From Trypanosoma brucei (lineage: Eukaryota), in contig CH464491.1 of assembly GCA_000002445.1 (NCBI GenBank), forward strand, positions 800,001 to 864,000: a stretch of 64,000 nucleotides of DNA, written 5' to 3'. The notes beneath the pieces were generated by a model, which saw only the letters and a program-made list of their open reading frames with translations, did not search any database and was not told where the DNA came from. A program made the translations under genes and the position numbers. Below are positions 56,146 to 64,000 of this stretch, in pieces. Every line of letters starts with the position of its first letter. The stretch's first letter is position 1.

Positions 56146-56834
56146 CCTCTTACTTTCACCTAGTCGATGTGACGCTAAAAATAGTAATGATGCCGTTCGG
56201 ATACAAAGAATAACCAACACATAAGCCGAAAGGGGGAAAGGATAAAAATATCGAAATGTGGGAAGTGAAGATGGAAACCTGGTAGTCGCGGAAACAGACA
56301 CAAACATCGCTTCAGCAGCGACAACTGTAGAAGGGAATGTAGACGGGGTACTTAAAGGATGTGAACTCCAAAGATGAATTCGCCTCCAGCTCACACAATA
56401 ACAGAAAGAGTAAAGACCGTATGGCGGCACCCTCTCGATAAACAAAACAAAACAAAAAAACAATGTGTAAGGGGATGCTTACTTATTTCGCTAAGCATGC
56501 GGACAACTAAAAGAATGAATAAATGACTGAATGAAGAGAGAGAATTTCGTTTCCCTCCTGAGTTACCCTCCTAGGGCAAAACAAGGTAAACTAACTGAAA
56601 AAATATACGATCAATGCATACACACAATGAAACCGAGAGATAAAAAAGATTTTGAACGTCTTGACGAAAAGACGGCGGGTAAGTTGCCCGCTTGCACGAC
56701 AGTTACCAACCACCATCACATTTTGCTGGAAGGTGACAGTTCCCTTCGCATTCCCAATCTCGTGGATGCGCACCAACACTAATGGCAATGAGGTCAGATT
56801 ACGACACATTAGAATGATGTCGTCACTAAAGGGT

Positions 56835-57905
56835 TCATCTAAATACCATACCAATATCGGACGATTCGGAGGAAAAGGGAGAGGAAGGGGTTGAAGAAGC
56901 CCTGAGACGTGAGGGCCCCACCCCATCGGAGCGCAACCCCCGAAGTACGTTTGTGCTCAAAGGAATAATCTCTGGTGACGCCACACCGCTCGCTGCAACC
57001 ACATCCCATTCGCCGCTATCAGAACTGAAGTAAAGGGAAGTAAAGGACGAGCAGTGGCTCAAATGCGCGTCAACAGTGTTTCCCTCGTCCCCTTGCTCAG
57101 AAGACCATGCGAACTCCTCCGCCCGTGCGAGGAGTTTGGCCTGTTCAGCCAAGGCATACTCGAAGTAGCGCACACGGTTAGTGTATTCCTCTTGCTCCAC
57201 CGCGCTCCGCATAACATCTTCCCCTTCTGCTAAGTCATTGAACGGACTATTTAGGTCGACAATCTTTCCGTGGCTCCTGCACGCCGCCCCCGCACGTTCC
57301 ACTGTAGCGGAACCAACCACTGTTGTGCAAATACGAGGCTGGGTGCGAACACCTTTCTTAGACCACATGGACACCGAGAGCGAGTCGTAAGCACCCGCTT
57401 CAGCGCTGCTACGACTTGCCAATGACGACCCAGATTCCTCCCAGTGGTCAGTTTCTAAAGGGGCAACATCATTCTTCATGTCCCTCATAACATCACTATG
57501 CAACACCTCGCTGAGCCCCACATCAGTTTCCATACGACAAGGCTGCTCTGGGAATCCGGCTGCAGTTTGCTCAAGCACCACTAAAGCTTTCTTACTGCTC
57601 CCATCTCGATGTACTTGCTGACGAGGCTTTAGATGCGGCTCACGTGCCTGGAGGTGATTATTGAGGGTGTCTCGGCTGTGCTCCAGAAGCGTACGAAGAG
57701 ACACAGCCATTTGGCGTGGAACGGAGACGGTGTTGACGCTTCTCTCTGCAACGAGTATGGCTTCCTCAAGCTCAAATACGTCGGCTGACCTCAATGCCTC
57801 CTGTAGCTTCCTCATAGCGTTCAACGGCGAAAATAATGCATCTTTGCTGCCGTTGCTACGTTCGTCGTTTCGCAACCCTCCTGCCAAGTTAGTCTTGCAC
57901 TCCAT
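56835..57905 (-). CDS. Hypothetical protein, 356 aa, acidic and Ser-rich
   Basis: The track start at 57926 is a TTG; the first ATG is at 57905 (MECKTNLAGG...). The ORF is long and coding-like. No family was recognised. Confidence 0.6.
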   Translation of the reverse strand: MECKTNLAGGLRNDERSNGSKDALFSPLNAMRKLQEALRSADVFELEEAILVAERSVNTVSVPRQMAVSLRTLLEHSRDTLNNHLQAREPHLKPRQQVHRDGSSKKALVVLEQTAAGFPEQPCRMETDVGLSEVLHSDVMRDMKNDVAPLETDHWEESGSSLASRSSAEAGAYDSLSVSMWSKKGVRTQPRICTTVVGSATVERAGAACRSHGKIVDLNSPFNDLAEGEDVMRSAVEQEEYTNRVRYFEYALAEQAKLLARAEEFAWSSEQGDEGNTVDAHLSHCSSFTSLYFSSDSGEWDVVAASGVASPEIIPLSTNVLRGLRSDGVGPSRLRASSTPSSPFSSESSDIGMVFR

Positions 57906-58494
57906 CGGCTGTTGAACCAGTGACAAAACTCAGCGGGTTTCCTAGGGGGGAAATTGATGGAAAAGAAACAACGGAGGTTAAGTAAACTTAAAAATAACCT
58001 TTTGACGAAATGATAAGCCTGCTCCACCGTGAACAAAGAGCAAACGATCGTTTAAAATAGTAAAAATGTTGTCGGTCGAGAAAACAGGCGCCGAGGATTC
58101 GAAAGGGTGTCGACGTGCATCGCCCTTTGACTGAACGGTGGTCCAAAAAGAGTGGTGCGACGCAGAATTACCATGGGGTGGGAGGCAAACGCGTGTAGAA
58201 GGAGGGATCGAAAAGGCAAGCACACTTCCCGCCATCACTTAAGAGTCTTTGAAGTGTGACAGCGAGGTCAACGCGCACGCTGCAAAGTGTGCGCCGCGCA
58301 ATTTTGGTCCCCCATTTCATTATTTAGATTATCCAAAAACAGCCAGATGAATTTGCACACGAGTAAATCCCCTAAAAAAGGTATGGTTCCGTGCTTATCG
58401 CTCCACAGGCGGTGCTGAAAGGGTTATTAAACCAATGACATTTCCCATTCGACAAATCGTCACACGGCCCACGTTCATTTAACTCACGATGATG

Positions 58495-59037
58495 CTACTG
58501 GCCTTTCCTGCCCTTGGTGCCATTCTGCCCCGAGAGGAACTTGTCCTGTTCTTCCCGCGCCAGGCCAAACATCTCTCTCATCCACTCCACCGTCGCCACC
58601 TCATCCTTCCATGGCCTTACGAGCGGCCCTTCTTCCTTGAATCCTCGCAGGTACAGCTGCGTAACGGGGGCATTCCAAGCCACGATAGGGTTTGTAACGC
58701 ACTGGACTAGAAGCACAAGAGGCATCTCCCACCGCAAAGCAACAAAGAGTCCAATACAAACGGGAAGCATCATTTTCAGAAAAAACATCTCGCGCCACTT
58801 TCCAAAGTCGTAGTCTGATACCGTCATGCGTTCCCACTCACCAGTGTACGTATCCTTCACCTGCAGAATTCGTGTGTCCTTGGTATCCCAAATACGAGAA
58901 AACATGTAGATCATTACCGCAGCGAGCACTGCGTGCACTGAGTAAAACATGTATTGAACAACCGACTGCACTTCTGGATCTGTTTTGTCAATACTCCAGC
59001 CCGTTACCATAACGAGTCCTATTAGTATAATGTTCAT
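58495..59037 (-). CDS. SND3: PHO88/SND3-family ER membrane protein (SRP-independent targeting component)
   Basis: 'NIILIGLVMVTGWSIDKTDPEVQSVVQYMFY' resembles yeast Pho88 'NIIIMLVMMQLSRRIDMEDPTIIMYIRILY', and 'TVSDYDFGKWREMF...' resembles 'TVRDYDLKEIDSAI...'. Size is similar (180 aa). The ATG is at 59037; the track start was a TTG. Confidence 0.65.
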   Translation of the reverse strand: MNIILIGLVMVTGWSIDKTDPEVQSVVQYMFYSVHAVLAAVMIYMFSRIWDTKDTRILQVKDTYTGEWERMTVSDYDFGKWREMFFLKMMLPVCIGLFVALRWEMPLVLLVQCVTNPIVAWNAPVTQLYLRGFKEEGPLVRPWKDEVATVEWMREMFGLAREEQDKFLSGQNGTKGRKGQ

Positions 59038-59630
59038 GATTTGACGCAAAACTCAACACCCAATAGATACGCTGACACAGACAACTTTGCGAGCTTTAAG
59101 CTCCCTCAAAGTTCTTCACTCTTGCTGTGTTGCTCAAATCTTCTCAGTTACGCTGCGACACTTGTAGTTCCCTCTTCGGTGGGTTATGAATCTCTACTGG
59201 TGAAATAAACCGCAGTGCGCAGCCGATAAACACAATCCACAAAGAAAGAAGGCGAAAAGAAGGGGTTATGGTACCACAACGCGCAGACAACATAGTAACG
59301 GTAAGAGACAATGAGTGAGGAATTTAGCCCCGTGTGTTTGAGGGAATATCGTTGTAAAATGGCTGTTCAACGGGGGAAACCAGAGGTGACTACAACATAA
59401 GCACCCCGGAAGTTTCACTGCAGGATGCATTCCTGTCCTCCTCAACCCCCTTAAGGAAAACACACATTTGTGTGGTGGTCTGTGCTGCAGCAGGCATTTT
59501 CATTTATCCTTAGCAGTGTTTCCCTTCTCGTCACCAGCATTTCTTTATTTCCCACATTCATTTACCTTTTTGTTTTTACTCGATTCATTTTTCCTCCCCC
59601 CTTCCTACTCCTTATTCACTCTCGTCACCA

Positions 59631-61361
59631 TCACTTCATCAGTGACCGCCAATTCATCGGCCTAAAAAGATGCAGCCCAGCGTAGTCTGTTGTTATCATC
59701 ATGCCCGGTATCTGCGGATGCCAATGGGCCTCCTTCGGGTGCTCAAGACCTTGGTGTTGGAACATCAGCTGATCCGGGATCCCACTGAGATCGGGACGCC
59801 CAAAAAGTTCCCCAACAACCTCCTGCTCCTCACTGGGGTCACGCTCAAGACTCAGGTCCCAGAGTGTACACTGTCCATCGTCACCCGCGACGGCAAGGAC
59901 GCTCTCATTATGTAGTGAGAACTCAACGGACGTGATGCTTCCACGATGCCAGGGGAGCTGCTGGATCGGGACCCCGCTGCTCACATGGCGGAGATCCCAC
60001 ACAGCCACAGCACCGCTGTCAGCACCCGTCACAAGAAGGTGAGAAGCCTGCAGCGCCTTGTTCCAATTAGCAACGTTGATGTCAGTGGGATCGGCTTGCC
60101 AATGTATCTTCGAACCGCGCATATCACGCGTATCCCACACCTCAACCGTGCCGCCAACGCGGGTTGCGATGAGAACATCCGTCTGGGTAGGGCTCCACTG
60201 AACTTCCTCAACAGATGGTGCCCCTTTCTCGCTACCCACGGTATTACTAGCGACGGCAGTCCAGCGACCGTCCTCGGTTGGTTTCCACACAAATAGATCA
60301 CCATTGCAATCACCAGAGGCGAAGACACCCTCCGAAACGCTGCTCCAGTCAAGCCCATAACCCTCCGTTTTATGGGATGTTGACGGAGTGCAAAACAGTA
60401 GTGATGCTTGTTTCCTCTGTGCCCCCGAACGCACCTGCTCTTTTATCCAATTCGGGTAGTCGCAAAGCATCCCTATTTCCTTTGCAATATCGAACACCTG
60501 CACATTCCCCGCGTCAGACCACACCGCCACCAAATTTTGGTTGCGGTGTGCGCATCGTATACGGTTGGCAGTGCCGTGGTGGGAAATCGTCCGATGGTGT
60601 ACAATGGGCTCTCCGTTATTCACCTCAGGTGCCTCATCCTCATTGCTGTCTTCGCTTTCACCCTCGTCACCTATGTAGCTGTCATCACTGTCGCTATCGC
60701 TGCCAGCATCATGCTTCGTGCGACAAATGTTAGTAACACGCAAGATGTACAACTGATTTTTAGATGACTCCTCTGCTTGCGAACCACACACCAGGGTCAG
60801 TGAGAGTGGGTACTTTGTGGTGCAGCCGCCACCTGTAGAGGACTCTTGCTCCCGAACCACATGAAACGAGAGGGAAGGATATTCCGTCCGCAACTGAAAA
60901 AATGAGTCATACGCTTTGTTAGAGTAATCCAACTTCTGACATTGTCCCTCCGGGTCGTCAACGCAGTCACTGCGCCAGACCGTGGGGACCGTATCGTCTT
61001 CATCATTTTCCTGCTTGGTCGAATCGTCATCAAATGTTACCTTCCGCAACCCCTTTACCATGGCTTCTGCCTCGCGTTGAAACTCGGCATAATCTTCGTC
61101 GTCTTCGTCATAACTGTCAACAATCTCCTCCTCCACTCCATCATTAAAAGGCTCATCCACGCCGCTGCTATTACTCCCATCAGACTCTTCATCTTCTGAC
61201 ACATCTTCCCAGTCCTCGTCTTCCGTGGGTCCCTCTTTACGGGTTCCGGCGGCTCGCAGTCGCTGCCCTCCCTCCTCGTCCTCCTCAACACAACGCCGAT
61301 GTTTGCGTTCAGAGGAGGTGGTGTCCTCCGTCCGCTCCACACGTTTAGCGGCTTTCCGCAT
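59631..61361 (-). CDS. GRWD1: Glutamate-rich WD-repeat protein GRWD1/Rrb1 homologue (ribosome-biogenesis chaperone)
   Basis: Acidic N-terminal region (DEDEDDYAEFQRE, EEDEEGG), C-terminal WD repeats, and a terminal 'LMFQHQGLEHPKEAHWHPQIPGMMITTDYAGLHLFRPMNW' resembling GRWD1 '[40 protein letters not shown]'. ATG at 61361. Confidence 0.85.
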   Translation of the reverse strand: MRKAAKRVERTEDTTSSERKHRRCVEEDEEGGQRLRAAGTRKEGPTEDEDWEDVSEDEESDGSNSSGVDEPFNDGVEEEIVDSYDEDDEDYAEFQREAEAMVKGLRKVTFDDDSTKQENDEDDTVPTVWRSDCVDDPEGQCQKLDYSNKAYDSFFQLRTEYPSLSFHVVREQESSTGGGCTTKYPLSLTLVCGSQAEESSKNQLYILRVTNICRTKHDAGSDSDSDDSYIGDEGESEDSNEDEAPEVNNGEPIVHHRTISHHGTANRIRCAHRNQNLVAVWSDAGNVQVFDIAKEIGMLCDYPNWIKEQVRSGAQRKQASLLFCTPSTSHKTEGYGLDWSSVSEGVFASGDCNGDLFVWKPTEDGRWTAVASNTVGSEKGAPSVEEVQWSPTQTDVLIATRVGGTVEVWDTRDMRGSKIHWQADPTDINVANWNKALQASHLLVTGADSGAVAVWDLRHVSSGVPIQQLPWHRGSITSVEFSLHNESVLAVAGDDGQCTLWDLSLERDPSEEQEVVGELFGRPDLSGIPDQLMFQHQGLEHPKEAHWHPQIPGMMITTDYAGLHLFRPMNWRSLMK

Positions 61362-61860
61362 CGCTAAGACTTACAGCGAAGAGGAACTTGACAAACGACA
61401 GTTGGGGACGTAAGAGGGAAGAAGAAAAGAAAAAAGCATTTAAAAAAAAAAGAATTAAGGTGATTAAGACTGGGGAGCACATTTCCCATCTATCAGGTGG
61501 GTGGACACAGCAGCAGCAAAGGAAATACGCACGAAAGTAATCACAACAAAGGGAAGAACGAAGAGAACAAAGAAAGAATGGAATAAAAAAAAATCTATGC
61601 GTAAAAAAACGCATGTGATGTTATTTAAAGTAAAAAAAAACATGTAAAAATGAAGAAAGAAAGATAGATAGAAAGGCTGCAGAACGCGAAAACACGTCAC
61701 ATTCATTACCTCTGAGTGCTTTCCCCACACTCTCTATTCGGTTATCTTATGTTTGTTCGGCGACTTACGTTACGACCACCTGCTCTCCTACGATCCACGG
61801 CTCTGAAGGACCTTACCACACAGGCCGGAGTAAAAAAGCAGAAATTAAGTTACACACGAT

Positions 61861-61881
61861 TATATATATATATATATATAT
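61861..61881. repeat. (TA)10 microsatellite
   Basis: Read directly. Confidence 0.9.
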
Positions 61882-62305
61882 GTTTAGGTATAGATGTAGA
61901 CGGAAGGTAAGGGACGAATCTTTACACCGAATGTACAACGGTCAAAACACATAAAGGGTACACAAACACGTGAAAAATAAAATAAATAAACAAACAAACA
62001 ACAAAAGCCCAGGAGAGAAAATAAGGGCATAAAGGGGGAGAAAATGTAGCACATCGGTGGGGGAACGAGGTTTCGGTGAGTAAAGGAATACAAACATTTA
62101 AATTTTAAAAAAGGGAAAAGAACTTCTTTTCCCCACAAGACTCATACAAAGGAACATCATCAACCTTCTATTTATCACACCCCTTAATGCCCTTTGTATC
62201 GCCCTATTTCCCCCTCCCCGCACACATCCCCGATGAACAAAAATGAGTACATCATTACTTAAAGCGTACGTAAGTGCACGAAACACGGTCTTGCTTGGAC
62301 TGTTG

Positions 62306-62920
62306 TTACCGTGCACCGATGCTAATACGTTGCATCCTCTCCGTTATTCCCACATCATCCCCCACCTCCGTGGCAGCCGGCCGCTTCTTCAGGTAGTTGG
62401 TGGCGACGGCTATTTGCTCGCTTATATCTATTTCATTGTCTGGCGTAATCTGCTCGAGAAAGGACTCCACCTCTGCCGCTGGCACTGCCGAGGCACGTGA
62501 CCTCTCGAAGGTGCCGTCCATCGCGTTCGCATTAACTGCAACAGTGTCAACATGCCGTTCGAACGCATCCATTGCCGTCGTGATCTGCACAGGATCCAGT
62601 GAATGAAGAACCTTACTTATTCCACAAATCGCCTTTTCAAGCGACCGCGTCATCGCGTGCATCTGCATGGCAGATTGAATGCGTTCGGCGGCGGCATCAA
62701 CACGAGAGGCAAGACGAAGATAACTTGTTCCTTCATCCTTCTTCCGTATGGCGTTCTCGGCGTAGACGCGGGCGGCTTCAATATTGTCCTTGTTAAGGGC
62801 TTTTTTAGCCTTTATCTTCTCCCTCTCGCTCGCTTTGTCTGAGGCGGCGGCAGAGTTAGTCAACTCCTTCACTGCAAGCCTCATGTTTAACACGACATCG
62901 AGTGGGTTCGTAGTGCTCAT
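62306..62920 (-). CDS. CHMP1: ESCRT-III protein CHMP1/Did2 (Vps46) homologue
   Basis: 'ARVYAENAIRKKDEG' is identical in register to CHMP1A 'ARVYAENAIRKKNEG', and 'LRLASRVDAAAERIQSA' resembles 'LRMASRVDAVASKVQTA'. The start at 62920 (MSTTNPLDVVLNMRLAVKEL) gives a CHMP1-like N-terminus. An upstream in-frame ATG at 63052 would add 44 non-conserved residues. Confidence 0.85.
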   Translation of the reverse strand: MSTTNPLDVVLNMRLAVKELTNSAAASDKASEREKIKAKKALNKDNIEAARVYAENAIRKKDEGTSYLRLASRVDAAAERIQSAMQMHAMTRSLEKAICGISKVLHSLDPVQITTAMDAFERHVDTVAVNANAMDGTFERSRASAVPAAEVESFLEQITPDNEIDISEQIAVATNYLKKRPAATEVGDDVGITERMQRISIGAR

Positions 62921-63353
62921 GTCGTTCCAATACTCCCGCTTTCTGAGTACAGAAGAAAAAGAAAGTGTAGAACTGCAGCCAACACAAATGGGATGGTCGA
63001 ATGGCGACACACGAATAGGAACTTTTCTATGGCCTACACAAAATAACTTCATGGGAAAAGAGGCAGTTTGAAGAGGGCATAGAACAATCCACGTCGAATA
63101 GCGGGTAAACTGGGCCCTAATTTAGACATCTAACAATCAACTCGATAGGAGGAAAAAGAAGTAGGGAACAAACGATGGTGGGAGCTACACCGAGAGTAGG
63201 GAAGGAAGCGGTGTGCAATGAAGCCCCCCAAAACTTCTATTACTGGCTCCAACACTTGCTGCGCAAATTTAAACTTTTTTGTCGGAAAGAAATCACGTCA
63301 CTAAACAGCGTCCCCCTTCCGACATGCCACACAGCCCCCAGCAAAGGCATGAT

Positions 63354-63809
63354 TTACGAATTTTCGCTGCAGATACGAAGCTCATGCAACATCGCGTAGA
63401 GCAAAGGCACAGACGCGGGTGCCCCTGTCAGTCCCAACTGCGAAGCCAATATTGCGCGCGGCATGATTGCAGAGGTCGCCTCCTTTCCTGCACCCGACTC
63501 GGCCTTGAAAACCGACAGCGAGTGCTCCATCCCGTTAAAAGCCATGTAATCCTTAATTAGTTCATTCAGAAGCAAGTTCTCCGGTGGTATAGGTGGCCGC
63601 GCGGACTCGATGTCGTCCCCCTGTGAATTAGACTCCTGCAGTGAATGGAAAATGGCTGCACGTAACTCGGCCTTTACGTGGTCAATGACGCCTTTCGTCT
63701 CCAGTACTTGCCTCATTGCATCCTTCAACGATCCGTGTTTCGACATTGTAGTCGCCTCGGGTGCGTTAAAGCTTTCTCGCCGCACCTCTCCCTCCTCCCT
63801 TTCCTCCAT
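63354..63809 (-). CDS. FOPNL: FOPNL/FOR20-like LisH-FOP N-terminal domain protein (centriole/basal-body family)
   Basis: 'SLKDAMRQVLETKGVIDHVKAELRAAIFHSL' resembles human FOR20 'ELKAVLKDTLEKKGVLGHLKARIRAEVFNAL'. 'ENLLLNELIKDYMAFNGMEHSLSVFKAESG' resembles 'ENLLINELIREYLEFNKYKYTASVLIAESG', and 'VPLLYAMLHEL' resembles 'IPLLYGILAHF'. The ATG is at 63809; an alternative ATG at 63746 (MSKHGS...) matches the human N-terminus better. Confidence 0.75.
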   Translation of the reverse strand: MEEREEGEVRRESFNAPEATTMSKHGSLKDAMRQVLETKGVIDHVKAELRAAIFHSLQESNSQGDDIESARPPIPPENLLLNELIKDYMAFNGMEHSLSVFKAESGAGKEATSAIMPRAILASQLGLTGAPASVPLLYAMLHELRICSENS

Positions 63810-64000
63810 GCTAAAATCCTGCAGATCTACTTTACCAAAAAAAAAAAAAGAAAAGCGATCAAAAAAGTGGAAAGAAGATATTGTAACTGAGGCAAGGGCG
63901 GGGAAGAAACGTAAATGTGCGAGCGTCCACCTTCTCTTGCGTTAGTAATCATGGCACGCCGGAGTCCTGTCCCGCCTCTCGTTTCCTTTACGTCCTTCTC

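Overview
This window looks like kinetoplastid (Trypanosoma-type) nuclear DNA. Every credible coding region lies on the minus strand as one intron-less directional gene cluster, separated by AT-rich, microsatellite-laden spacers. I support 28 minus-strand CDS and recognise the product family for 17 of them: PEN-2, MDP-1, a kinesin, an RRM-like protein, ZNHIT3/Hit1, two tandem histidine-phosphatase (PGAM-like) paralogues, HGH1, SKP1, ribosomal protein L37, PRORP, PRPP synthetase, PHO88/SND3, GRWD1/RRB1, CHMP1/DID2 and FOPNL/FOR20. The remaining 11 are hypothetical. I found no tRNA, rRNA or SL-RNA genes, retroelements, surface-antigen family members or CRISPR arrays. All homology calls are by-eye comparisons with remembered family sequences; no searches were run. 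Many ORFs in the supplied track begin at TTG or GTG translated as M, so I re-set gene starts to the first in-frame ATG. No single exciting novel system is evident. The observations most worth follow-up are a 5.8 kb gene-free desert inside the same-strand cluster (13.93-19.75 kb), a tandem phosphatase pair in which one copy has lost the nucleophilic histidine, the PEN-2 homologue, two possible unannotated small ORFs, and homopolymer G-tracts placed right after a stop codon on the mRNA-sense strand.
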